This document shows positions 24,601 to 39,529 of a stretch of DNA of 64,000 nucleotides, piece by piece. Location of the stretch: positions 37,946,001 to 38,010,000 of the forward strand of contig NC_087447.1 of assembly GCF_036321535.1 (NCBI RefSeq). The letters are read 5' to 3'. Made by a program: the position numbers and the translations under genes. Every line of letters starts with the position of its first letter. Position 1 is the stretch's first letter. This DNA comes from Camelus dromedarius. Its lineage: Eukaryota. Under the pieces are notes generated by a model that saw only the letters and a list, made by a program, of their open reading frames with translations, made no database searches and had not been told where the DNA came from.

Positions 24601-25554
24601 ACATTATGGAGACAACTGGCCAGAGGCTGGAGAGGAGGCTAAAGGTAGATTGAAAATAACTTTGAGGGGCTCTGTATACCTTGCTAAGTGGACTTTATCT
24701 TTTAGGCTTGTGGTCTCCCCCTATTTATATGACAACATAATTAATGATTCTTATACATCCCCTTTAGGAAACATGATTTAAAAATGAGTCACGATGGCTG
24801 TTTTTCTCAACCTGAAGATTGGACATGAATAATGTTTCCAGGGGGCAGGATGGGGCTGCATCCTCCTTCCTCTTGGGGAGTGGAGCTGCCTTGGTTGTAA
24901 CTCACAATTCCAGGCACTGTGGAGCCTCTGACATCTTGTTCCTAAGTCAAGGCAGGTTTCTGCTCTAAGATTCAATCTTAAGACGCTCCTGTAACAGATC
25001 TGAGTTGTAATCACATGTTATTCTTCATTTTCCCCGGTGTGCACATATGCTGCTAGTTTGGGCTTTTCCTGTTTCCAGCAGCACAGGATTTCCATAAGCA
25101 GAATTTCTTCCTGCCGGCCAAGACTTTGGGGTCCAGTCACTCCTGGGTGCTCACTTACCATTCTTATTGCCATGACTTTTTTTCTCCTTCCTTGCCTCAA
25201 CCAGGACAGCCCCAGTCCATCCAATGTGTTTGGATATCAACCAGGGGAACAGCCACTGTCCAATCATCTTTCCTCCCAGAAGTCTTCTTGCAACTGATAT
25301 GGTCTCCATTGACCAAATGAACATGAACTTGAGCATATTGATGAGGGGATCTTGTCAGTTCCATCTCTGTGGCATCTGAGCTGCAGCTACAGTGAATGTC
25401 CTGTCATGTGCACATATTTATCTCTGCTTCTGGACTGTACACAACTTGTAGAAGAAACATGGGTTTCACCTTGTTTCTGCTGAAAATAAAATCTATTTGA
25501 CGAGTGAATTAATAACAGATAAAGAAGATAACCCTGTGAAGCATCCCTGATTTT

Positions 25555-26845
25555 TTTGGCATTTCTTTTTTTTAATTTTTTATTTTTTACAATTTTTAAA
25601 AGTTACTTTCCATTTACAGTTATTCCTAGAAACACAACTGATTTTTGTATGTTAATTTTGTATTCTCCAACTTTGCTGAATTTGGTTATCAGTTCCGACA
25701 GTTTTTTTGGTGGAATCTTTAGGGTTTTCTACATAAAAGATTATGTCTTCTACAGAGACAGTTGTACTTCTTCCTTTCTGATTCGTTTGCTTTTTATTTC
25801 TTCCTTGAATTGCTCTGGCTAAGACTTCCAGTTCTATGTTGAATAGCAGTGGTGAGAATGGGCACCCTGCCTTGTCTCTGATCTTAGAGGAACAACTCTC
25901 AGCCTTTCACCATTGAGTACATCAGCCTGGGACTTGTCATATATGTTGAGGTGGATTCCTTCTATACCTAATTTTTGAAAATTGTTATCATGAAAGGATG
26001 TTGAATTTTGTCAAATGCTTTTTTGCATCTTCTGTGATGATCATATGATTTTTATCTTTCACTTTGTTAATGTGGGTATCACATTTATTAATTCGCATAT
26101 GTTGAACTGTCCTTACATCCCAGGGTAAATTCCATTTGTATGATCCAAATTCCATGGCGTATGATCCTTTTAATGTGCTATTGAATTTGGTTTGCTATTA
26201 TTTTATTCTGGACTTTTGCATCTATGTTCATCAATGTTATTGGCCTATAATTTTATTTTACTTTCATATCCTTGTGTGCCTCGGTATGGTAATGCTGGCC
26301 TTGAAAATAAATTTGGAATTCTTCCCTTCTCTTCAGTTTTTGGAAGGGTTTGAGAAGGATTGGTATTAATAATTCTTTAAATGTTTGGAAGGATAACTAT
26401 TGAAGCCATCTGCTTCTAGGTTTTTCTTTGCTGGGAGATTTGTGATAACTGATTCATTCTATTTCTTGGTATTGTTCTGTTCAGATTTTCTATTTCTTTA
26501 TGATTCAGTCTTGATAGGTTGTATATTTCTAGGAAATTATCCCTTCTTCTAGGTGTTGGTATGTAATTGTCGATACATAATTATTATAAAATTTCTTATG
26601 ATCCTTTGTATTTCTGAGATATCACCTGTAATGTCTCCTCTTTCATCCCTGATTTTATTTACTTGGGTTGTCTCTCTTTTTTTCTTATTTAGTTTAGCTA
26701 AATATTTGTTAATTTTGCTTTTCTTCTCAAGAGACCAACTCTTACTCTCATTGATCTTTTATCTTTCTCAACTCTATTTTATTTCTGCTCTGATTTTTGT
26801 TAATACCTTCCTTCTAATAACTGTGATTTTAGTTTGCTCTTCTCA
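25555..26845 (-). mobile_element. L1 ORF2 fragment
   Basis: T-rich antisense ORF2 sequence (gttgaatagcagtggtgagaatgggcaccc, ttgaattttgtcaaatgc). Confidence 0.85.
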
Positions 26846-28069
26846 CATAATAAAAAACCTAATTCTATACCCCCAGGAATTAGGAAAAGAAATTTTATTT
26901 CTTATGCAGGTATTCTTGAGCCCAGTGAATAGTGGTATAAATAGTTAAAAGAGAGCAGATGGTGGAGGTTGACAAGTATGGCACCATGTTGGACCATTAC
27001 ATATGATCAGCTCACTCCCCTCCTTTTTTTCTTTCAATAGAAACATTTAATCTATCCTTGTAATTTTATAACTTTATAATTTTCTAGTATGAGGGACAGC
27101 CTTTTTAGGATAGACTTGCTGAATTCAGAGGGCTCCCTCTCTAAGTCCAAGTCTTTAATAATGAAAATTAGCAAACACTATATTTTATGCTAATGTCTTT
27201 CAAGAGTTGTCTGTAACAAACAGACACAACTCTAATATGAGTGCCATTAGAGTAAATTGAATTTTAATATAAGGTGGACTTGGATTTATATTATGTTTTA
27301 TTAATCACACACAGAGTTTATACTTGGCGAGCTATTTCCCTTTATGAATCATGAAAAGGACCTAGGCTAGGAAAATTTCTGTGCCTCCAAGAAAAAAATG
27401 AAAGATGTATGACCTGAAACTTCAGACTTTCAAAATTTCAAGGACAATGTTTTACTTTAATTATAATGTCATAAGGCACATTGGGGCACCTCGTCAGAAA
27501 ATCTACCTGTGGATCCATCCCTGCCCACTCATCATACCCAGAATATAGGGTTACCTTTGTTCTCAGAGAAGCCTTCCCCCTGCAAATAAATCAAACATTG
27601 ACCTATATACGTACTAGGAATAACACATTAGTTTCCAACACTGATTAATGTTAGTCAGTTCATGTATATATATCAACAGCAACAAATCATCCAATATATG
27701 AGGGCCCTCAATAAATTCAAAAGGAGTAGCCAAGCTGAACAGAGAAAATTTCCCTTAATGAAATAAGGAATTCAGTTTAAAGTTATCATGAACAGATCAT
27801 ATTCCCAGACATCAAATAGAAGCAAATTAAATTAACTTGAGGAGATTTAAAACCAGGCCATTAAAAATTTCCAGTGATTAAGTATCAATGAACACAAACT
27901 TAAAATCTTAAATGACAAAATGTGCATGGAAGAAGTCATTATAAGTAAGAACCATTAAAAATAAGAAATTGACATGTCAGACCCAGAAAGTATGCAGATA
28001 CAGGAATTTGGGGTTTCAAAACTAATTTGTCCAGTATTTTTCAATAAATAAAAATTATTTTATAAATTG

Positions 28070-28475
28070 TATTAATGAGTTTGGGGACTACCACAACAAA
28101 ATATCACAGACTGGGTAACTTGAGCAGAAATATATTTTTCTCACAGAAATTGATATTTTCTTGGAGGCTGTGAAGTCCAAGATCAAAGTGTCAGCCAAAC
28201 TAGTCCCTGATGAGATCTCTCTCCTTGGTTTGCAGATATCACCTCACTACATCCTTACATGGCTTTTCCTCTGTGCTTGTGCTTACATGGGGAGATGGAG
28301 AGAGATCTCTCCCTTACCCTTCATATAATTCCACTAATCCCATCATGAGGCCCCACCCTCATGACCTAATCTAACTCTAATTACCTTCCAATAGCCTCAT
28401 CTCCAAATATCATCAGACTAGGGGTTCGGGCTTCAACATATGAATTTTGAGGGGACATGATCATTTAGTCCATAA
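28070..28475 (-). mobile_element. MaLR solo LTR (MLT1A-like)
   Basis: gaagtccaagatcaaagtgtcagc ... ccaccctcatgacctaatc ... ttcaacatatgaattttgagggga. Confidence 0.75.
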
Positions 28476-28639
28476 AATTCTTCCAATGAAAAGACACACA
28501 AACACATAGTTAAAATAAGATGTAGTTACTCTTCTAACAAGAATTCAAACAAAATACTTCTTCAGGCTGTGTATGACCTTTGACAAGTAATATCTCTTAT
28601 CTGGATTTCCAATTGCCCAAGAGTTCCAAGGGTGCTCCC

Positions 28640-29160
28640 CCAGTGCAGTGCTGACAAATATTCAATTAGTGGCTCTCTAAAAAATAAATTACATCTATAA
28701 GTTTATTTTAAGTTGTATTAATATAAGGGATGTATAGCATAAAATTTACAAATAATAATAAAATATTCTATTGTCTTTCTCATATATTCCATACCCAGTT
28801 GATCTTCAAGGATATTTTTATTGATTATTGTTGAACTCCTGTATCAATAAGGAGTCAACATAAGCTTTAAATTGATGAAAGGGTATAGCATAGTTTTGAT
28901 GTGTTAGTCAATATTTTTTTAACATAATAAGATAAAAGCGACACAGTAAAGACATATGTTGGAACCTCACTCATTTATCAATGGCATGAGTAACTTTTTT
29001 GCACAATTGGATAATGCTATTTAAAAATTGAAAGAATATTTCCTCAATTTTTTATGCAATTTAGTGTACCAGCTACCAATCTGACAACACTTTTAGGTTT
29101 AATCCTCACTTTCAACATTTTCTCCATTATTTCTTAAGTCTAGACAATCAATAAATACTA
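28640..29160. mobile_element. hAT DNA transposon remnant (MER63-like)
   Basis: Start ccagtgcagtgctgacaaatattcaattagtggctctc resembles the MER63 terminus as recalled. Confidence 0.4.
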
Positions 29161-32100
29161 ATATCAGACAAAAAATAGACTCTGTACGTATTTAAAAGAG
29201 ACAAGGATATTACTTAATAAAACACTCAATACAGCAAATAAAATATACCAAGTATAAATGTTTACCCACCTAATGACAGACCATCAAAATATATGAAGCC
29301 AAACCTGACATACTTGAAGGGAGAAATAATTCTACAATAATTGTCAGAGACTTTTAATATCCTACTCTCAGTATGGATAGAACAACTAAATAGAAGGTAA
29401 ATAAGGAAACAGAGGACTTAAATAACACAATAAACTAACTAAATCTAACAAACAACTACAGGACACCCTCCAAAGAACAGCAGCATATGCATTTTTCTTA
29501 AGCACGTGTGGGGCATTTTCCAGTATGGATGATATGTTAGGCCACCAAGTAAATTCAATATCTTGTAATAACCTTTAATGAAAAAGAGTATGAAAATGAA
29601 TATATATATGTATATGCATGACTGGGACATAGTGCTGTACAACAGAAATTGACACATTGTAACTAACTTTACTTCAATTAAAGAAAAAAGATAGAAGTCA
29701 TACAAAATATCTCCTCCAATCACAATGGCATAAAATGAGAAATCAATAACAAAAGGAAAACTGGAAAATAAGACATTTTTGGAAATCAAGCAATATACTT
29801 CTAATCAACCAATGGATCAAAATAGAAATCACAAGGGAAATTTAAAAGTACTTAGAGATGAATGAAAATAAAAACATACCAAACCAAAACTTACTGGACA
29901 CAGTGAAAGCAGTGCTAACAGAGAAATTTATAGCTATAAATGCTTCATTATAAAACAAGAGAAAATAATGTTAGCAGCATGAGATATTTTTCCTTTCTCT
30001 CTCCATTTTTAAAGAACAAATTAGACATCCCTCCACAAACAAAAGTGCCTCTGCAGGAGCTGTGGGACACAGCACCATATGCTAACTTACCCACAGTTGC
30101 ATTTGAAACTAGGCATTGGATTTCAGAACTGCGTAAAGATTTCAGACTCAACAAAGCTGTCCCACTCCCTCTCACTGTGGCCAGGGAAAATTTCTGGAAA
30201 TTGCTGACCTGGGCAGATACCCATGAGTGAGAAAGAACTTGTAGAAGTCCAGGATGCCTGCAGAGAAATTCCAGAACACCATTGGAGTGGGATGGATACT
30301 AGTGTGGTTGCAGTGGAGAGGGAGGAAGTACGCCAGAACCACCCCACCCCCAACACACACATCAACCCAGGGTGACATTGCACAAGGCTATGCTGTCCAC
30401 AGGCAGCAGCCTCTCCCATGGAGGAAGTAGAAATTTGTGTTTCTGGCTACCTCAGTTGTGCAGGTCGCTGCTGGAGAAACCCATTTATTTCCAGCAGCAC
30501 CCAGACTTCTGAGGTAAGACCTCCATGACTAAAAGGAAAGACAGAGGGTAATAAGCAGATTAGAATATCAGAGAGACACAGTTCCTGCTGAATGCTTCAG
30601 TGCTTCAGTAGAAAGTCTTCTCACAAGTCTCTAGGACCCAAAAATCTCTCCACTGGGTCCATGGGCGCCCTCTTATGTCCTAAGTGCTAAACCCACACCT
30701 AGAGAAACCATAAACTAGAGCTATAGCACCACCTTCTAGAAAACAAAAAAAAAGATTTCTAGTAGCAAGGCTGGTGATTTCTAAGAACAAGAAAAGATGT
30801 AAAAGTTTAAAAATTCTTCCATGAAAGAGAGCCAAAAGAGTGGAGCAGGTCTACCCATTCAAAAGCTAAGGAAACCCCAGATAAAGCAATACCAATGAAC
30901 AGTGCTCACCTGAAGGCAGCCAATAAGGATTTAAGAAGGTGTCTGCTACTTCAAATGTGAAAACAACAACACAAAAATGCAAGGAACATGAAAAATCAAG
31001 GAAATATGTCATCCCTAAAAGATACCAATAATTTTCCAACAACCAAACTCAAAGTTGTGGAATATCATGATCTAGTTGATAAAGAATTCAAAATAGCTGT
31101 TTTGAAGAAACTCAACAAACTAAAAGAAAACTCAGGAAGACAATTCAATGAAATCTCAAAAAATATATGTGGTCATACTGAGTTCCTTTTCAAAGAGAGA
31201 AACTCATAAAAAAAAAAAACAGAAATTCTGGACTGAATAATTCAGGAAATGGGGTGAAGAATGCAATAGAGAGTATCTGTAGCAGAGTAGAGCAGATGGA
31301 GACACAAAGAGTAGCTCAGAGGATATGAATTTGAAATAACGCAGAAGAAAACAAAGGAAAAAAAAAGAATTTTAAGAGTGGAAAAAGACTACGCAATCAA
31401 TGAGAATCCATCCAAAAGGACAAATATCAAAATAATCCAAAAGAGAGAGATGGAGGCGGAAGGTTTATTTGGAGAACTTCCAAAACCTGGGGAAAGACTT
31501 GAATATCCATGTTCACAAAGCTAATAGATCACTTTGTATTCTCAATGACAGAAGACCTTCTCCAAGACACATTACAATGAACTGAAAAATCAAAGTTAAA
31601 GAAGGAATTTCTAAATGCAGCCAGAAGGGAAAAAGAGTGTAACCTACAAAGGAATCCCCATTACCTATCAGCAGATTTCTCAGCAGAAACTCTACAGACC
31701 AGGAGAGAGTGGAATGACATATTCAAAGAGTTTAAAGATAAAAATTGCCAACTAGTATATTCTATCCCCAAAGTTATCCTCCAGATAGAAGGAAGAAATA
31801 AAGACTTTCCTGGACAAACAAAAGCTGAAGAAGTTCATCATCACTAGATCTGCCTTGCAAGAAATGCTGAAAGGAGTTCTCAGAGCTGAAATGAAAAGAC
31901 AAAAATCAGTGACATGAAAGTATACAGCACACTGGTTTAGGTGAAAAAACATGCAGTCAGATTTAGAAAACACTAATTCTACAATAGGATGATGGATTCA
32001 CCACTTAACATAGCATAAAGGTTAAAAAAAGAGTATTAAAAATAACTGTAACTACTATAATTTGTTAATGAATACACAGTGTAAAGGAGGCAAGTTATGA

Positions 32101-35100
32101 CATCAGAAGTATAAAAGAGGGGAGTAAAAGGTAGAGCCTTTAAAAGAGATCAAAGATAAGTTGCTATCAGGATAAAATGGACTGTTTTAGCTATGAGAGG
32201 TTTTGTGTAAGCATCATGGTAACAGCAAAGCAAAAATCTAGAGTAAATTCACAAAAGAAAAAAAGAGGGGGAAACAGAGCATCCCACCATAGAAAATTAT
32301 CAGTTTAAAAAGGTAAGCAGAAACAGAACAATACAAACACAGAACAACCAGAAAGCAATCAATAAGTTGGCATTAAATCCTTTCACATCAATAATTACCT
32401 CAATATAAATTGATTGAATTCACCAATCAAAAGGCAGAGTGGCTAGATGGATAAAAAAAGAGACTGAACAATACGCTGCACACGAGACTCACTTAAGCAT
32501 TAAGGACACACATAGGCTCAAAGTGAAGAGATGGAGAAAAATATTCCATGCAAGTCGAAACCAAAGGAAAGCAGATTTAGCTATACTTATATGAGACAAA
32601 AGACTTTAAAATGTGAAAATGTAATAGGAGACAAAAGGGTCATTATATAATTATAAAAGGGTCAATTCATCCAAAAGATATAACAGTTGTAAGTATATAC
32701 ACATCCAATGTCAGAGCACCTAAACAGAAAATTATTGACTAGTATCCCTGATGAATATAGATAGGAATTTCTTAACAAAATATTACCAACCCAAACTGAA
32801 AAACACATTAAAGGGATTATAGATTAGGAACAAGTGGGAAGTATCCCTGGGATGCAAGGATGTTTCAACATACACAAATCAATAAAAGTGATACAACACA
32901 GAAATAGAATAAAAGATAAAAATTACATAATTATCACGATAGACACAGAAAAAGCATTTAACAAAATACAACATCCTTTCATGATAAAAATCTGCAAAAG
33001 GTTGGATATAGAAGGAATGTACCTCAACATACTAAAGGCCCTATATGTCAAACCCACAGCTAACATTATACTCAGTGGTGAAAAAGTAAGAGTTTTTCCT
33101 CGAAGTCAGGAACAAGACAAGGGTGTCCACTCTCACCACTCAGATTAAATAGTACTAGAAGCTATAACCAGAATAATTAGGCAAGACAGAGAAATAAAAA
33201 GTATCTGATTCAGAAAGAAGAATTGTCATTATTTGCAAATTATATGAGCTCATATATAAAAAGTCCCAAAGACTCAACCAAAAAACTCATCATTAATCAA
33301 TAAATTCAGTAAAATTTTACTACATGAAATCAACGTACATCAGAAATCAGTTGCATTTCTATATACTAGCAATGAAACATTTGAAATTTTACAAAACCTA
33401 TCCCATTCACAATAGCATCAAAAAACAATAACATATCTAGGAATAAATTTAACCAAGAAGTAAAGTATCTGTACAAGAAAAACTACAAGATTTGAGGGTT
33501 TTTTCTTTTTTTGAAAATCACTTGCTAACATTTACTGAATTTCCCACCTTGTAGCTTCAAAGTGGGAGAAAAAACACTAATTTGAAAAGATACATGCACC
33601 TCAATGTCCATAATGACATTATTTATAATTGAAAAGATATGGAAAAATACTTAAGTGTCCACCAACAGATGAATGGATAAATGGTACATGTATACAATGG
33701 AACACTACTCAGCCATAAAAATTAATGAAATTTTGCCATTTTCAGCAACATGGATGGGCTTGTAAGACATTATGCTAAGTGAAATAAGTCTGTGAGAAAG
33801 ATAAATACTGTATGATAACACTTATACATGGAATCTAAAAAGTAGAACAAACAAGTGAATATAACAAAAAAGAAGCAGACTCTCAGACCAAGAGAACAAT
33901 CTAGTGGCTACCAGTAGGGAGGGAGGGAGGACAAATGTGGGGTGTGAAAGTAGGAATTACAAACTACTGGGTGTAAGGATGCATTATACAACATGGGGAA
34001 AATAGCCAATATTTTGTAATAACTGTAAATAGAAAGTATCCATTAAAAATTGTACAAAAATAAAACATTTAAGAAAAAACAAATTTTTTAAAAACTAAAG
34101 ACTTTATTAAATGAAATCAAAGAAGACGTAAACAAATAGAAAGAGAGTCCATGTTCTTGGATGGGAAGCATTAATATTATTAAAATGTCCATACTACTGA
34201 AAGCCATCTATAGATTCAGTGCAATCCTTATAAAGATTCCAATGGCATTTTTCACTGATATTTTCTTAACTTAAAATTTGTGTGGAACCACATACGTCTC
34301 CAAATAGCCAAAGTAATCATGAGAAAGAACAAAGCCAGAGATAATTGCTGATATCAAACTACACTACAAGGCTCTTTAGTAATGCTGGCATAAAAAATAG
34401 ACACATACATGAATGGAACAGAGTAAAGAGACCAGAATGCAACCCTCATGAATGCAGATAACTAATATTTGACGAGTGTGCCAAGAACACCCAATAGGGA
34501 AAGTGACTAACAAATGATGTTGGGAAAACTGGATAATCACATGCAGAAAAGTGAAACTGGAACCCTATCTTACACCACTCACAAAAATTAACTTGAAGTT
34601 GATAAAAGACTTAAACATAAGACCTGATACTGTAAAACAACTAGATGAAAACATAGGGAAGAAGCTCCTCAATACTGGTCTTGGAAATTATTTTTTTGGA
34701 TGTGATTCCTAAAGCACAAACAACAAAAGCAAAAATTAACAAGTGGAACTATACCAATTTAAAAGCTTCTGCATAGCAAAATACACAATCAGCAAAATGA
34801 AGAGACAACCTGCAGAACAGGAGAGAATACTCGCAAACCATCTATCAGGTGAGTTAATATTCAAAATATATATAGAACTCATACAATTCAATAACAAAAA
34901 AATAAAAAAAATCCAACTCAAAAAAAAAAGGCAGAGTAACTAGGCTTTTTTTTAAATTGAGGTATAGTCAGTTTACAATGTTGTGTCAATTTCTTGTGTC
35001 CAGCACAATGTCATAAGTGGATATACATATATTCATTTTCATGTTCTTTTTCACCATAAGCTACTACAAGATAACTGAATATATTTCCCTGTGCTATACA

Positions 35101-36339
35101 GTATAAACTTGTTTATCTATTTTATATATACCAGTCAGTATCTGCAAATCTCGAACTCCCAGTTTATTCCTTCCCACCGTCCTCCCCTCTGGCAACCACA
35201 AGTCTGTATTCTATGTAAATAGACATTTTTCTAAAGAAGACATACAGATGGCCAACAGGTACATGAAATAATGCTCAATATCACTAATCATCAGAGAAAT
35301 GCAAATCAGAACCATGAAATATCACTTCACACCATCCAGAAGACAAGAGATAATAAGTATTGGCAAGGATGTGGAAAAAGGGGAACCTTTGTACACTGTT
35401 GGTGATAATGCAAATTGGTACAACCACTATAGGAAACAGTACAAAGATTCCTCAAAAAATTAAAAATAAAACTACCATATGATCTAGAAATTTCAATTCT
35501 CAGGACGTATACAGAGGGAAAAAATTCACTGTCTTGAAAAGGTATATGCACCCCTGTGTTCACTGCAGCATTTTTTGCATTAGCCAAGACATGGAAACCA
35601 CCTCAGTGTCCATTGATAAATGAATGGATCAAGATAATTTGAGATAGATAGATAGATAAATAGATAGGCAGATAGACAGATAAATAGATAAAGTCTCACC
35701 TTAGTAAAACGTAATCATTCATTCTTGAAAAAAAAGGTAATTCTGCCATCTTTGATAATATGGCTGGACCTTGAGGATAGTATGCTGAGTGAGATAAGTC
35801 AGTCAAAGGAAGACAAATACTGTAAACCACTTATGTGTGAATTCTAAAAAGTCAAACTCTTAAAAACAGAGAGTAAAATGGTGATTACCAGGGGCTGGGT
35901 TATGAAGCAACAGATGATGTTTTTTAAGGGTACCAACCTGCGACTAGTAGATTAATAAATCCTGCAGATCTAATGTACAGTATAATGATTTTAGACAATA
36001 ATACTGTATTGCAGACATCAATCTAGCTAAAAGACTAAATTTTAATTATTCCCACCACAAAAAATAAAACAATGATAATTATGTGATGTGGTAGAGGTGT
36101 TAGCTAACGCTACAATGGCAATCATATTGCAATATATAAATGTATCAAATCAACACGTTGTACACCTTAAACGTACACAATGTTGCATGACAATTATACC
36201 TAAATAAAAAAATAGGAACAACCTCAACAACAAACTAGCTCTACAACTCCAAGAACTAAAAAAATAAAAAACGAAGTGCAAAGCTAGCAGAAAAAAAAGA
36301 GATAATAAGCATTAGAGCAGAGAAAACTGAAATAGAGAA

Positions 36340-36370
<31 letters not shown>

Positions 36371-37200
36371 GAAAATTAATGAAACCAAAAGGTGGTTTTT
36401 GAAAAGATCAACATAACTGACAAACCTCTAACCAGATGGGCTAAGAAAAAAAAAAGAGAGAAAATTCAAATTATTAAAACCAGAAATTAAAGTGGAAACA
36501 TTACTACCAATTCTACGGAAATAAAAAAGATTGTAAGAGAGTACTATGAACAATTGTATGCCAATAGATTAGATAACATGGATGAAATGGACATAGTCCT
36601 AGAAACACAAAACCTACTGAGACTAAATCACAAAGAAATAGGAAATCTTAATAATTCTGTAACTGCTATGGTTATTGAATCATTTTTAAATCTCAAAGAG
36701 ATATTTGTACACCCATGTTCATAGAAGTATTACTCACAAAGCTAAAATGTGGAAGCAACCCAAGTGTCCATTGACAGATGAATGGATAAACAAAATATAG
36801 TAAACACATGCAATGGAATATTATTCAGCCTTTAAAAGGAAGGAAATTCTTAAATATGATGAACAATAGATGAACCTTGAGGACATTATGCTAAGTGAAT
36901 AAACCATTCAGTAAAAGATGAATACTGTATGACTCCACATATATGAGGTAATTAGAATAGTGAAATTCATAGCAACAAAAAGCAGAATGATGTACTGCCA
37001 GGGTCTGGGAGTAGTGGGGATGGGGAGTTAGTGTCTAATGGGTACAGAGTTTCAGCTTTGCAAGATGAAAATAGTTATGGAGATGGATGGAAGTTAGGGT
37101 CACACAATATTATGATTGTATATAATACCACTGAATGGTACAATTAAAAATAGTTAAGATAGTAAATTTTATATATATTTTATTGCAATAAAAATTTTTT
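29160..37200 (+). mobile_element. Nested L1 complex: old L1 (29160-29960, resuming 36215-37200) interrupted by a long degenerate L1 (~29960-36213: 5'UTR, ORF1 from ~30988, ORF2 ~32380-35600), plus younger L1 3' ends (~29550-29690, ~33560-34090, ~34945-35215 antisense)
   Basis: ORF1-like MKNQGNM..DKEFKIAVLKKLN; RT-like [30 protein letters not shown]; many stops and frameshifts. Confidence 0.9.
35643..35690 (+). repeat. Imperfect (GATA)n microsatellite
   Basis: gatagatagatagataaatagataggcagatagacagataaatagata. Confidence 0.85.
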
Positions 37201-38254
37201 AATGGAAGAATCAGCTGTGTTAGGTATTAAAGATGAGTTATTAAAGATGAGTTAGCAATACCTGAGACTTTCTCTTTGGTATAAAAAGAAAGATCAAAAC
37301 CTTGAGAATGGAAAACAAACAAGCACAAAAAGGTGATTCTTGATCCCATCTCTTTTCTGGATCTTCATCTAAGGGATTGGCTGAAGGCCCCTTTTCCTGT
37401 CCCTGACCCCTTTTCATTCCAAACTTTCTCTCTGCTCAAGATCAGTGTACAGTTTCCTAAGTTCTCCTCACTGTGCAGGCACACTTAACTCTTAACAGCT
37501 TGTGTAAGGAAACTATGCATCATTTTCTTTTTTTTTTTTGTAAAATACAAGTATTAAGTTATTAGCATCCTCTAAGTACTGAGTGCTATGTGAGGCACTC
37601 TGAAGACTACAAAGAAAAACTAAACAACCCCTACTCTTAAGATTCTTAGAATATATGAGAGGAGACAAAATGTCTACCAACTATACTATCATTAATCAGA
37701 GCAATGATCAAAATGTGATCAACCTTGCTGCTCTAAGTGTAGTCTTCAGTCCAGCAGCATTGGCATCATTGGAGAGTTTCCAGAATTGCAGAATCTCTGG
37801 CCCCAGGCTGCTGCAGGTTTAGAACTGGTGAGAATAACTTGGGTTCAAGTGCTTGGTTCTAGCTTCCTCTAACTTTGTGTTACTCCTAAGGCTGTGAATA
37901 AGAAATGCCAGAGGTATACAAGAGATAAGGATATAAGTTGGGGGACTTGACAGCCCATTACTTCACTTGTTTTTGCACAGGGATGGCTTGGTAGAGTGAG
38001 ATGTCCAATAGGAGAAAGGAGCACTGAACTGTGGCCTAATTACCTTGTATACCCTCAGCCACAACAGCAGATAGAAATCATTTATCTACTGTACACATCT
38101 ATAATTTTAGTATTTGCTAAGTCACATCGCTTATGCCTAATGTCCAAACTTTGGGCAGTTCATCCCCTGGGATAATAGTTCTTCATGCTGTTTGGTTTTA
38201 TGTGTCATCTGAAAAAGGGTATAATGCACAGTTATTCAGTCAGACATTTATTAG

Positions 38255-38870
38255 GTTTTGGCTGGGATGGTATGTTTTGTAGTTCAGTAATAGGATGATT
38301 GTAAGTAAATATTATTCTCAATAATGTGGGTGGGCCTCACCCAATCAGTTGAAGGCCTTTAAAAACAGATAGATATTTCACTGAGGAAGAAGAAATTCTA
38401 CCTCAAGACTGCAGCGCTGATAAGAGTAACATCACCAGTATGGTGAATATATCATTCCTGACTTCACTACCCCTCACAAGAAGAACAACTAACAACTATT
38501 CATGGATAAGTCACCACTGAGAGAAACCTAGAACATGGGGATGAGGCTGAAGCACCCTCGCTGTGCCACAGAGACTGAAACAGATGGCATCAGAAGAATA
38601 AGAGTAGTGGCTGCATGCCAAGTGCATTGCCTCTCCCCCAGGCTGGGGCAGCACCATCCTGAGAGGTCTCCCCTGAGCCTACAGTTCCTCCAGCTGGGAA
38701 AGAGAGCCCATGATAGCCATCCAGATCTCCTGGCATTATGGGTCACTTCTTGGGAGTCCCCACTCTGGTCTTGCCCCATAGGGATTGTAGGGAAATCTTT
38801 GGGGCTTGAGCACTGGGAATCTGATTGTGACAGAGAAGAGGGAAGTCCAACTAGGGACTTCATATTAAAG
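38255..38870 (+). mobile_element. MLT2 (ERVL) LTR fragment (~38255-38415) joined to an L1 5'-region fragment
   Basis: aatgtgggtgggcctcacccaatcagttgaaggcc...gaagaaattctacctcaagactgcagc, followed by L1M-like 5'UTR sequence. Confidence 0.6.
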
Positions 38871-39529
38871 AATATATGATTTCTTTAAAACCCCAACAAT
38901 TAATACCCAGTCTTTGCTTCAGAAGTCTGGTCTCACTCATAGCCAACTCTCCCTGAAGAGTTTGCCCAAGTATGACTCTCTTGAGAACCAAGTGAAGAAG
39001 GAGAGAGGAGAAAGTGAATTCTGCTCACCATTGCAAAAATATTTGAAGAGCCAAAATGATCCAAAGAAAGAGTAAACTACCTCAGGAGATAGTGACGTCC
39101 AATTTCTGAAAATAAGCTAGAGGACCACTTGGGGGTGTTATAAAGTAATTCAGTCATGAAGGTTGGTCTACATAATCTTAATGATTTCTTCCTAACATGA
39201 GAATCTTAGAGGCAGGAAAAAAAAAATGATATGAAATAGCTATAGGCTGAAGAGCACTGAGAATTCAGAGAGAGAAGGAGAGTGCTGGTAAAAAGCACTC
39301 AGTAATGAAGAGGAACAGAAGGACTTAATTTTGTTTGGAGTAGCAGCCACTTATACCATTGCACCTAATATGATCTGGACTTGGGAACCAGGGGAAAGAA
39401 ATCTGACAATACATCCTTTCTGGGAACTGTGGCTTCTGACTTGAACTCAGGTCTGCTCAGATAGCCAACTTCCCTTGAACCTGCTTTCCAGATTTTGTGA
39501 TTGAACTAAAGCAATCATGATTTGGGTGG

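Noticed and set aside
30988..35600. L1 ORF1/ORF2 as active or domesticated genes
   Set aside because: Multiple stops, frameshifts, an internal deletion and nested insertions.
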